Assembly: GCA_964362795.1 (NCBI GenBank)
Contig: CAYIFW010000001.1
Span: forward strand, 14,483 to 68,165
DNA length: 53,683 nt
Direction of reading: 5' to 3'
From: an uncultured Planctomycetales bacterium
GTDB lineage: Bacteria; Omnitrophota; Gorgyraeia; Gygaellales; Profunditerraquicolaceae
Shown piece after piece: positions 26,696 through 35,207 of this stretch (position 1 is the stretch's first letter; each line of letters opens with the position of its first letter). The notes beneath the pieces are model-generated. The model had not been told where the DNA came from, did not search any database, and saw nothing but the letters and a program-made list of their open reading frames with translations. The translations under genes and the position numbers were made by a program.

Positions 26696-27682
26696 TTACT
26701 TATTAATTTTTAATTTATTCTCAGTATAGATTATTCGACCATCGGGAGTAACAATAGCCGCCTGCAGATTCTTAATTCTATTTAAAGCCTGAATCCCGGC
26801 TTGAGCGCCCAACACAAAAGGAATTTTTGCCCAAGCTTGCGCCAAAACAGGATCAGGGTGAGTTACCGTTACCCCGACAACTCCTTCAGTGGGATAACCC
26901 GTGGCCGGATTGAATATATGATGATACCGCTTCCCATCTTTAATAAAAAACCTCTCATAATCTCCGGAGCTAACCACGGCCTGATCTTTTGCTTCCACAT
27001 ATCCTAAAATGGCTTTAGCCCGAGGATCCTGAATCCCTATCTTCCAGGGCTTTACGCCATTCTTTCCTAAAACATAAACGTCGCCTCCCAGATCGATCAA
27101 CGCAGCAGTCACTCCATTATTTTTTAGAGCAGTAGCGGCCTGGGCCAAAGCATAACCTTTAGCAATCCCGCCAAAATCGATCTTAACTCGCGGATTATCT
27201 TTATTCAACTCTCCGTTCTTAAATAAAAGGTGGTGATAACCGACATTACGCAGGCAAGCCTTAATCTGTTCATCCTTGGGGATAGCCGAAAATTTGGTAT
27301 AAAAACCCCAAAGTTCCGATAATGGCGCAACAGTAATATCAAAAGCTCCTAAAGACTCTTGGCTGATCTCCAATGCCCTCCTGACCAAACCGATAATCTC
27401 GGAATCAGTAATCGGTGCATTGCTTTGATTAAAAGCATAAACCGGACTTTGCGAATTAACCGGATTAAATTTTACATCGATCTCCTGCATCCGGATAAAA
27501 GCGGAATTTATTGCCTGGGTGGCGATCGCTTTAGGCCCTAAAGCGATAATCGTAGCGTAAGTGCCCATCAAAAGGCGGGTTTCATTCTCTGAATGCTCGC
27601 TGCCTACTTTGGACTGCCTTAGACTCCAAAACCCCAAAGCTAACAAAATTACCACGCCAATTATCCGTAAAAATTTATTCAT
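26696..27682 (-). CDS. apbE: FAD:protein FMN transferase ApbE
   Basis: 328 aa. N-terminal membrane anchor or signal, AFDITV, GGIAKGYA, and SSGDYERFF...HHIFNPATGYP. Confidence 0.9.
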   Translation of the reverse strand: MNKFLRIIGVVILLALGFWSLRQSKVGSEHSENETRLLMGTYATIIALGPKAIATQAINSAFIRMQEIDVKFNPVNSQSPVYAFNQSNAPITDSEIIGLVRRALEISQESLGAFDITVAPLSELWGFYTKFSAIPKDEQIKACLRNVGYHHLLFKNGELNKDNPRVKIDFGGIAKGYALAQAATALKNNGVTAALIDLGGDVYVLGKNGVKPWKIGIQDPRAKAILGYVEAKDQAVVSSGDYERFFIKDGKRYHHIFNPATGYPTEGVVGVTVTHPDPVLAQAWAKIPFVLGAQAGIQALNRIKNLQAAIVTPDGRIIYTENKLKINK

Positions 27683-27700
27683 TATTAAATATACTTTCTT

Positions 27701-28720
27701 TTAATTATTACCGAATCCTCTACTGGTAATAAAATCAGTTAAAGAGCACAAGCTCTCTTTATACGCGGAGTCCGGGAATACGCTTAAATTATCTTTAGCC
27801 AAAGCTATAAAACTTAAAACCGTGTTTTTCGTCTTAAGAATAGCCTGGGAATCAAAAAACATAGATTTTAACCTCTTAAAAGATTTCGGGCAACGGCTCC
27901 TGGCTAATATTTTCCTTACTTTACCCCTCTGGCTTGGCGGGACTGACTCCAGTAAATTTAAAATGGGCAAAGTAAGCTCCCCGGTCTTAAAATCAGCTCC
28001 GGGATCCTTTCCTAGTTCTTTTTCACTGGCAATTAAATCCAAGCAATCATCCATTATCTGAAAAGCAATGCCAAAATTAAGCCCGTATTCTTTTAAAGCT
28101 TCTTGCGTAACTCTGTTTGAACCGGCCATAATCGCCCCGGCCTGACAAGATGCGGCAAATAAAACCGCGGTTTTCTTTTGGACCATAATCAAATACTGTT
28201 TTTTTAGCAGGTCTAAGTTATCCCTTTGACAGACCTGCTGCAATTCCCCTTCGCACATCAATTTAGCCGCCCAGCTGATACAACTAAGTATATCCGGATT
28301 AGCGCATTGAGCAATTAAGCTAAAAGCTTCAGTATAAAGGTAATCCCCGGAGGCAATCGCCACATCCTGGCCCCATTTACGGTTAATCGTAGGCAAATGA
28401 TGCCTTAAATCAGCATGGTCGATAATATCATCATGCACCAAAGAAGCCGTATGAATCAACTCTAAGGCTGCGGCAACTTTTAACAGTTTATCTCTGTCCG
28501 CTTTAAAAGCAAAATCCTTAGTTTTGGGCCCATAAGTTAAACTGACTCTGGCCGAGAGAACCGCCAAAGCCGGCCTTAATCTCTTACCCGGCACTCTTAA
28601 TAAAAATCTATTTATTTCCCCGATTGCCGAAGAGCCGGATCCGCCCAGCGATGTACGCAGGACATTATTTATCCCGCTTAATTCTTTTCCTACCGGACTA
28701 TAAATTTTTTTTAACTGCAT
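27701..28720 (-). CDS. Long-chain polyprenyl diphosphate synthase
   Basis: 339 aa with two DDxxD motifs (LVHDDIIDHAD, IMDDCLD). Confidence 0.9.
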   Translation of the reverse strand: MQLKKIYSPVGKELSGINNVLRTSLGGSGSSAIGEINRFLLRVPGKRLRPALAVLSARVSLTYGPKTKDFAFKADRDKLLKVAAALELIHTASLVHDDIIDHADLRHHLPTINRKWGQDVAIASGDYLYTEAFSLIAQCANPDILSCISWAAKLMCEGELQQVCQRDNLDLLKKQYLIMVQKKTAVLFAASCQAGAIMAGSNRVTQEALKEYGLNFGIAFQIMDDCLDLIASEKELGKDPGADFKTGELTLPILNLLESVPPSQRGKVRKILARSRCPKSFKRLKSMFFDSQAILKTKNTVLSFIALAKDNLSVFPDSAYKESLCSLTDFITSRGFGNN

Positions 28721-29649
28721 TATTTCACCACAAAGATTTTATCCATTGCAAGTCCGGCGCAGAGCAGTAGACCCACCAGAGAATGTAATCCGATGGTTAA
28801 AGCATTCGCCGGCAATAATTCCTGAATTTTCTGGAAGTTTTTCCTGGATACATCAAAGGAGGCCAAGGCCAGAGGCAAACTAAATAAGGTAATGAGGCAG
28901 AAGAAAGGTAAGTATTTAAATAAAACCAAAAATATAATCGACAAATATGTGCTTGCCAACAAAGCATGGTATAAGGTCATCGCCCTTTGTTGGCCCAAAA
29001 TAACAACTAGCGTCTTTTTACCGACAGCCTTATCCGCCAAATAATCCGGGAATTCATTAATAAATAAAATCATCGCCACTAAAATACTTATCGGCAAAGA
29101 CACCAGCAACACCCTTAACGGCAACTGCTCAAGCTGGACATAATAAGTGCCCGCCACAATTAATAATCCGCAGCCAATCCCTACCGCCAATTCCCCAAAA
29201 CCCCCATAGACTATCCGGAAGAATTTAACGGTATAGAAAAAACCCAGGAAAACTCCGACTACGCCCAGTCTAAGCACCACATAGCTGCCGGATAAATAAT
29301 TAAGATATAAACCGATTGCGCTGCCTAAAATAAAACAGGTTATCGCCGCCAAAAATATATTTTTTGCCGAAATCTGTTTTTCCTGGATTACTCTTGAGCC
29401 TCCGCTAAAAGGAGTGCAATTTTTATTTATTTCATCGCATCCGGAAAGATGATCAAAATAATCATTAACCAGGTTTGTTCCCGCATGGATAAAAGCTACT
29501 CCGATAAACGTAAGTAAAAACTTCTGCCAATTCAGCCTAGAGTTATCATGCCAGGCTAAAGTTGCCCCCAAAACAACCGGCACTATTGTTGCCGTAAAAA
29601 ACGGAGCTCTTACCGCTTTAATCCAGAGGCCAATTTGCTTAATCTGCAT
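28720..29649 (-). CDS. menA: UbiA-family prenyltransferase, MenA-like (1,4-dihydroxy-2-naphthoate polyprenyltransferase)
   Basis: Polytopic membrane protein with NLVNDYFDHLSG and a second Asp-rich motif EFPDYLADK. I chose the ATG at 29647-29649 (MQIKQIGLW...); the track ORF extends to 29706. Confidence 0.8.
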   Translation of the reverse strand: MQIKQIGLWIKAVRAPFFTATIVPVVLGATLAWHDNSRLNWQKFLLTFIGVAFIHAGTNLVNDYFDHLSGCDEINKNCTPFSGGSRVIQEKQISAKNIFLAAITCFILGSAIGLYLNYLSGSYVVLRLGVVGVFLGFFYTVKFFRIVYGGFGELAVGIGCGLLIVAGTYYVQLEQLPLRVLLVSLPISILVAMILFINEFPDYLADKAVGKKTLVVILGQQRAMTLYHALLASTYLSIIFLVLFKYLPFFCLITLFSLPLALASFDVSRKNFQKIQELLPANALTIGLHSLVGLLLCAGLAMDKIFVVK

Positions 29650-30211
29650 TCTGATCCGCTTCCTCAATCTTAATTGCCCCTGTCGGACAGACATAGGCGC
29701 AGGCACCGCATCCGATGCAGGTATCCGAAGTCTTATCCGAAGGCGTACGCACTTTTCTTTTGATTCCCCGGTGCGTAAAACTTATGGCGTGCCTACCGGT
29801 AATTTCCGCGCAGACCCGCACGCATAAACCGCATAATATACAGATACTTTTACTGCGTAAATGAATCCGGGTTCCGGTTACGCCGTAATCTTGAGCTAAT
29901 TTTTTAATTTTTTCCGAATCCGGAGACCTGGCTAATAAAAGTTCGAAGATAATTTTGCGCGTAGCGACAACCTTCTCCGTGTCAGTTTTGACAACCATAC
30001 CTTCTTTAACTTTACAAAGACAAGCCACCTGCAGGCCCGGCTTTCCGCCGGCAATTATCTCCACCAAACATAACCTGCAGCAACCATAAGAAGTTAATTC
30101 TTTGTGGTAACACAAAGTGGGTATCTTTATACCCACCTCGGTTGCCGCCTCCAGAACGGTCCTACCCTCTTGAACCTGTAATTTTTTATCATTAATCGTA
30201 ATATTAATCAT
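29639..30211 (-). CDS. Soluble 2Fe-2S plus 2x[4Fe-4S] ferredoxin-domain protein, resembling the HydA/NuoG/FdhA N-terminal region without any catalytic domain
   Basis: ITINDKKLQVQEGRTVLEAA...CYHKELTSYGCCRLCLVEI (Fer2-type), then CILCGLCVRVC and CIGCGACAYVCPTGAI. The start is uncertain: ATG at 30211 (chosen), 30235 or 30253. Confidence 0.75.
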   Translation of the reverse strand: MINITINDKKLQVQEGRTVLEAATEVGIKIPTLCYHKELTSYGCCRLCLVEIIAGGKPGLQVACLCKVKEGMVVKTDTEKVVATRKIIFELLLARSPDSEKIKKLAQDYGVTGTRIHLRSKSICILCGLCVRVCAEITGRHAISFTHRGIKRKVRTPSDKTSDTCIGCGACAYVCPTGAIKIEEADQNAD

Positions 30212-30650
30212 GGGAATTGTAGACAACCCGTTCATCTCCTTTCCGGTATTCATAAATAAAATGCACTCCGGGATTGCTGGCAACTAATACCGCGATTGTT
30301 TCTAAAAGATCACCTAACGGTTTAGTATCCGGATGGCTAAGCTTAAACTCCGCCACAACCTTAGTGCCTTTGGCTTCCTGCGAATCTATTTTTAAAACTC
30401 CGCCGGCTTCTTGGGTTGCCTGATGCAACAGCGAAAGCCCTAAACCGAATTTCTTTCCGTCTTTAGTCGTAAAAAAAGGGTCTTGGGCTTTTTTTAAAGT
30501 TTGCTCATCCATGCCCAGGCCATCATCTTGGACAATTACCGAGAGCCTATCCGAGGCTTCATCCTCTAAAACCTCAATGCGGATTTTCTTGGCTTTTGCT
30601 CTGATTGCGTTTTCAGCTATATCCAGGATGTGTAAAGATAAATCTTTCAT
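30204..30650 (-). CDS. Stand-alone GHKL/HATPase_c ATP-binding protein
   Basis: 148 aa. HILDIAENAIRA (N-box-like), DDGLGMD and FGLGLSLL. Confidence 0.75.
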   Translation of the reverse strand: MKDLSLHILDIAENAIRAKAKKIRIEVLEDEASDRLSVIVQDDGLGMDEQTLKKAQDPFFTTKDGKKFGLGLSLLHQATQEAGGVLKIDSQEAKGTKVVAEFKLSHPDTKPLGDLLETIAVLVASNPGVHFIYEYRKGDERVVYNSHD

Positions 30651-31385
30651 CTAAATTTTAACTTTTCTTCCTTCGACGCTTCCTAAGGCCAAATTAATCT
30701 CTGAAAACTCTAACGCCTTTAAAGAAAACACGGTCGAAGCGCTGCCGATATCCTGTAAAAAATGCGCATCGGAAAATTTAACTAACGGAAGATTATATTT
30801 CTCATATTCGGCTATTTCGCTCAAGGAATATTCAGCAGTTACTTCTAAGGCATCTAATCCTAAACCTGGCGGAATAAAACCCATCTGGCCGATGATCCCG
30901 AATGTCTGCCGGTTAATATGCGAAGCTATCGCGATACCCCCCAGGCTTTTAATTAAAGCGACAACCCTCTCCAGGCCGAGATTAACCGAACCGATTAATA
31001 GCCTGGAATTGGTTCCGATTATTTTACCATGCTCATCGGCAACTAATTGTTCGCCGAAAACAGTTTCCTTATTTTCACCGGGGAGATTCTTATAAACAAC
31101 TTCCTGCATTAAGCGCAATGATTGATCATCGCTAAAAAAACCCATAATGTGAACTTCTTCTTGAGAAGATATCTCCATTCCCCCCAGAACCAAAAGGCCG
31201 GCTTTTTTACCTGCTGCCTTCACCGCTAAAACATTTTCGGTGGAATTATGGTCGCAAATACCGATTATATCTAAAGACTTTAGCCTTGCCTGTTGAACAA
31301 TTCTATCCGGCAGCATCTGCGCATCCGCGCAAGGAGAAAGGCAGGTATGAATATGCAGATCCGCCTTAAATTCCTTTAGCAGCAT
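30651..31385 (-). CDS. PHP-domain metal-dependent phosphoesterase
   Basis: 244 aa. ADLHIHTCLSPCAD, GICDHNS and later His/Asp positions (SHINR, FSDAH). Confidence 0.8.
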   Translation of the reverse strand: MLLKEFKADLHIHTCLSPCADAQMLPDRIVQQARLKSLDIIGICDHNSTENVLAVKAAGKKAGLLVLGGMEISSQEEVHIMGFFSDDQSLRLMQEVVYKNLPGENKETVFGEQLVADEHGKIIGTNSRLLIGSVNLGLERVVALIKSLGGIAIASHINRQTFGIIGQMGFIPPGLGLDALEVTAEYSLSEIAEYEKYNLPLVKFSDAHFLQDIGSASTVFSLKALEFSEINLALGSVEGRKVKI

Positions 31386-31728
31386 TTCCTGTCCCTGTAA
31401 TCCCTAGATTATACAATCTACCGGTTAATTCAAAAGCCGCCAGTTTACTTACCATAATCGGTATTTTTTCATCTTCAGCTTTGCGCAAAGTTGCCTCTTC
31501 AGGCTCTCGAGAATTTATCAGTATAATCCCGGATAATCCTTTCATCCCGGCTACCGCGGCAATATTTTGATGGACCTGTAAAGTAATCCACAGATCCCCT
31601 TCGTTAGCGTTAGCCAACACATCGCTCAAAAGATCGCTGGCATATCCTCGTTTAACATCATAATCCAATGCCACATTTTTAGTCCTAACCTCTAAAGCTA
31701 ATTTTTCAACTATCTCTTTTAATTTCAT
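31366..31728 (-). CDS. DRTGG-domain protein
   Basis: 120 aa. SDLLSDVL...GDLWITLQVHQNIAAVA...GIILINSREP pattern. It is a paralogue of 32653-33006. Confidence 0.7.
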   Translation of the reverse strand: MKLKEIVEKLALEVRTKNVALDYDVKRGYASDLLSDVLANANEGDLWITLQVHQNIAAVAGMKGLSGIILINSREPEEATLRKAEDEKIPIMVSKLAAFELTGRLYNLGITGTGNAAKGI

Positions 31729-32656
31729 GCGGCTCTCCCTCTTTCTTCATATAGATGCTTATCTTTAAATGCGTCCCCTTGCCGACTACCGAAGTTAAAC
31801 TCATTTTATCGGCACATTTTTTAATATTACTTAATCCCATGCCGGCGCCAAACCCCAGTTCTCTAACCCACTCCGGAGCAGTGGAATATCCGGGTTGCAT
31901 CGCCTTCTCAATATCGGCGATACCCGGGCCGGTGTCCTCGACATCAATACTAATTTTATCCGGCCGCACCTTAACTTGCATCTCTCCTCCGTCAGAATGA
32001 ATAACCACGTTTAATTCTGCCTCATAAGAAGCAATCGCTGCCCGGCGAGCGATTTGAGGATCAATACCCAACCGCGAAAAATTTTTCTTTAATCCGGTGG
32101 AAACCTCTCCGGCTTTGTCAAAATCTTTGCCTTTAATATAATACCGGAAAATAATCGTAGTTTTATCGGCAATAATATCTTCGAAGATATGGCTTGCCCG
32201 ATAACGATGAATCTCTTCCTCATGGTAATCAATCTCTGTCTCTTTAAGCAATCTCTCAATGATATCGCCTTTAGTAATTACCCCTAATAATTTATTATCC
32301 GTCCGGTTAATCACCGGCAGGCGGCCGTAACCGAATTGCTCAAGCTTGCTGACCGCATGCACCAGAGGCTCATCCGAAAACAAAGTCATCACATTAACAA
32401 TCATCTTATCCTTGATCGGGCAATCTTTAGCTCCGTCAGCCAGCCATTTTATAAAATCTTCGATACTGATGATACCGACAAGCTTATTGCTATCCACAAC
32501 CGGAGTCCCTGAAATCCGGTTAATCTTTAGTATTTCCCGCAACTCGCTCATCAGAGTAGCGGGCCCAACGCTAATAACATTACTCTTCATCGCATCAGAA
32601 ACTTTTAGCTCATAGACTAACTCCTGAACTTTACTCAGCTCTCTTTCTTTATTCAT
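31706..32656 (-). CDS. CBS-pair domain fused to an anti-sigma-factor-like Ser/Thr kinase (HATPase_c_2) domain
   Basis: 316 aa. Two CBS repeats (VISVGP...GTPVVD; LPVINRTDNKLLGVITKGDI), then EAELNVVIHS, DTGPGI and GFGAGMGL. Confidence 0.8.
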   Translation of the reverse strand: MNKERELSKVQELVYELKVSDAMKSNVISVGPATLMSELREILKINRISGTPVVDSNKLVGIISIEDFIKWLADGAKDCPIKDKMIVNVMTLFSDEPLVHAVSKLEQFGYGRLPVINRTDNKLLGVITKGDIIERLLKETEIDYHEEEIHRYRASHIFEDIIADKTTIIFRYYIKGKDFDKAGEVSTGLKKNFSRLGIDPQIARRAAIASYEAELNVVIHSDGGEMQVKVRPDKISIDVEDTGPGIADIEKAMQPGYSTAPEWVRELGFGAGMGLSNIKKCADKMSLTSVVGKGTHLKISIYMKKEGEPHEIKRDS

Positions 32657-33006
32657 TTAATTTCATCGCATCCGGATAGCCCTGCCTTATACAATCTACC
32701 GCAAGCCTCAAACATAGCAAATCTGGTCTGCAAAAGCACAATCCTATTTTGCTGCGCCATTTTAATCGTATCCGGATGCGGCCCTTTATTACTGATAAAA
32801 CAAATAGCGGAAATCTCGGCAATCTCGGCAGTACGCACCACTTGAGAATTTATATTTCCGGTAACCAGTAAAGTCCCCGACCGGATATAGGCTAAAACAT
32901 TGCTCATTAGATCGGAGCCATAAGCCATAATTATCTCCTGGCTAAAATTAGAGTCTCCGTTGATTATCTCCGCTTCCAAAATATTAATTATTTCCCGTAA
33001 TTTCAT
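32653..33006 (-). CDS. DRTGG-domain protein
   Basis: I chose the ATG at 33004-33006 (MKLREIINILEAEII...), which parallels the paralogue's MKLKEIVEKL. SDLMSNVL...GTLLVTGNINSQVVRTAE. Confidence 0.7.
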   Translation of the reverse strand: MKLREIINILEAEIINGDSNFSQEIIMAYGSDLMSNVLAYIRSGTLLVTGNINSQVVRTAEIAEISAICFISNKGPHPDTIKMAQQNRIVLLQTRFAMFEACGRLYKAGLSGCDEIK

Positions 33007-33007
33007 T

Positions 33008-34816
33008 TTAATTAACCTTAATCGCTCCAAATTTACATTTTTCTAAACAGATACCGCATTTAACGCATTTATCCGGATTAATTTTATGCGGCAGCTTCTT
33101 TTCTCCGGAGATTGCTTCCGGCGGACAGCTTTTCACGCACACCGTACAGCCTACGCAAACTTTTTCATCAATAACAAATTTAAGCAACGGCTTACACATC
33201 TTAGCCGGGCATCTTTTTTCGAAAATATGCGCTTCATATTCATCCCTGAAATAAAGCAATGTGCTTAATACCGGATTAGGCAATGTCTGGCCCAAACCGC
33301 ACATGGATGAACTTTTCACCGCCGCCGAAAGCTCTCCGAGTATATCCAGATCTTCTTTTACTCCCTGCCCATTACAGATCCTCTCCAAAATTTCCAGCAA
33401 CGCGATTGATCCGTCGCGGCAGGAAGAACACTTGCCGCAGGACTCATCGCTGGTAAATTCGAGAAAATATTTCGCCAAATCCACGACACAGGTATCTTCA
33501 TCCATAACAATTAGGCCACCTGAACCCATAATCGAACCGGCCTCAGTCAACTTCTCATAATCAATCGGCAGATCAATTAATCTGGCCGGGATACACCCTC
33601 CTGAAGGGCCTCCGGTCTGCAGAGCTTTAAATTTTTTATTATTCGGAATACCTCCTCCGATATCATAGACCACTTCTTTGATCGTAATACCCATCGGAAC
33701 TTCCACTAATCCCGTGTTATTTATTTTACCGACCAGAGAAAACACTTTTGTCCCCGGGCTCTGAGCAGTACCTATCTTAGAAAACCACTGCGCTCCTCGG
33801 TCAATAATATTAGGAACGTTAGCCCAGGTCTCCACATTATTAATATTAGTCGGAAATCCCCATAACCCTGATTGAGCCGGAAACGGCGGGCGCTGGCTGG
33901 GTTCCGGGGGCCTACCCTCAATAGAAGCAATCAACGAAGTTTCTTCTCCGCAAACAAACGCTCCGGCGCCTTGTTTAATGTGCGCCTTAAAACTAAAATC
34001 TGTGCCGAAAATATTCTTACCCAAAAGGCCGTATTCTTTGGCCTGAGCAATAGCCGTTTCCATCCTCTCTCTGGCAAGCTGATACTCCTCCCGGATATAA
34101 ATATACGCTTCAGTGGCGCCGATGGCCCGGGCGCCAATCAACATCCCCTCCAATACGGCATGCGGATCAGCTTCGACAATACTTCTATCCATAAAAGCCC
34201 CCGGATCTCCCTCATCAGCATTGCAAATTATATATTTTGTATCGGCAACAGATTTCTTGCACAACTCCCATTTCTGTCCCGTGGGAAAACCGCCGCCGCC
34301 GCGGCCGCGTAAACCGGAATCTTTGATCTCCTGAATTATTCCTTCCGGAGTCATCGCCGTAAGAGCTTTAGCTAATGCCCGATAGCCACCCCTGGCGATA
34401 TATTCATCGATCTTTTGCGGATCAATTAAACCCCGATTTTTAAGCACCACTAATGTCTGACGCGAAAAAAAATCAATATCACTGATCTTGGGAATAGCGA
34501 TTTTTTCAGTAGGCGGGACAAACATAAACTTCTCCACCGGCCGGCCTTTGAGAAAATGTTCTTCTACTAGATAAGGGATCTTTTCCTCGGTCAGGCTATG
34601 ATAAAATATTCCATCCGGCATAACCGTCATCAATGGCCCGACCGCGCAAAATCCTATACAACCGGTCATCACCACGGTTACCTCTTTATCTAAACCTTGC
34701 TTGATCAGTTCAGCCTCCAACACCTGGCGGATTTTAAATGATTTATTGGAAACGCAACCGGTCCCGGCGCACAACATCAACTGCAGCCTTATTCTTTGAT
34801 CCGCTGGCTTATTCAT
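33008..34816 (-). CDS. NuoF-type NADH-binding FMN/Fe-S flavoprotein (HydB/HndC/BfuB-like)
   Basis: 602 aa. N-terminal thioredoxin-like 2Fe-2S (CAGTGC...TGCIGFCAVGP), GRGGGGFPTGQKW, NADEGDPGAF, ESCGKCSSCRDG, and two C-terminal 4Fe-4S motifs (CVGCTVCVKSCP, CVKCGICLEKC). Confidence 0.92.
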   Translation of the reverse strand: MNKPADQRIRLQLMLCAGTGCVSNKSFKIRQVLEAELIKQGLDKEVTVVMTGCIGFCAVGPLMTVMPDGIFYHSLTEEKIPYLVEEHFLKGRPVEKFMFVPPTEKIAIPKISDIDFFSRQTLVVLKNRGLIDPQKIDEYIARGGYRALAKALTAMTPEGIIQEIKDSGLRGRGGGGFPTGQKWELCKKSVADTKYIICNADEGDPGAFMDRSIVEADPHAVLEGMLIGARAIGATEAYIYIREEYQLARERMETAIAQAKEYGLLGKNIFGTDFSFKAHIKQGAGAFVCGEETSLIASIEGRPPEPSQRPPFPAQSGLWGFPTNINNVETWANVPNIIDRGAQWFSKIGTAQSPGTKVFSLVGKINNTGLVEVPMGITIKEVVYDIGGGIPNNKKFKALQTGGPSGGCIPARLIDLPIDYEKLTEAGSIMGSGGLIVMDEDTCVVDLAKYFLEFTSDESCGKCSSCRDGSIALLEILERICNGQGVKEDLDILGELSAAVKSSSMCGLGQTLPNPVLSTLLYFRDEYEAHIFEKRCPAKMCKPLLKFVIDEKVCVGCTVCVKSCPPEAISGEKKLPHKINPDKCVKCGICLEKCKFGAIKVN

Positions 34817-34823
34817 AATTTAG

Positions 34824-35207
34824 CTAATAAATCCTCTCATTGCCCTTGGCCAACACATATTCATTAATAATTTTCCCGCCCAGTATATGCTCGGTTAATA
34901 TCCTGCGGATTTTCTCCGGATTTAAATCGGCGTATTTTATCGGAGTTTCGCCTTTAATCTCTACCGTAGCCATCGGCTCCCGGCTGCATAAACCGGCGCA
35001 CCCTGAGCTGGTTATAACAACATCATTAATATTTCTTTTCTCAAATTCTTCTAAAAGGACATTCATTATTTCTCTAGCCCCGGCAGAAATACCGCAGGTC
35101 CCCATATGCACGGTTATTTTTGCCCGCCCGGCACCCTCTTGCAAAAGAGTAGTTTTTTTAACCCGCTGCGTAATCTTATCTAAATCTTCAATGCTTATTT
35201 TTTTCAT
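34824..35207 (-). CDS. Thioredoxin-like 2Fe-2S ferredoxin (HndB-like)
   Basis: 127 aa. MGTCGISAGA...SGCAGLCSREP. Confidence 0.8.
   Translation of the reverse strand: MKKISIEDLDKITQRVKKTTLLQEGAGRAKITVHMGTCGISAGAREIMNVLLEEFEKRNINDVVITSSGCAGLCSREPMATVEIKGETPIKYADLNPEKIRRILTEHILGGKIINEYVLAKGNERIY

Noticed and set aside
33872-34334. Plus- and minus-strand ORFs (146, 73 and 68 aa) inside the NuoF-like gene
   Set aside because: They overlap the strongly supported NuoF-type CDS. Their translations are Arg/Ala/Pro-rich junk arising from the locally GC-rich Gly-codon region.
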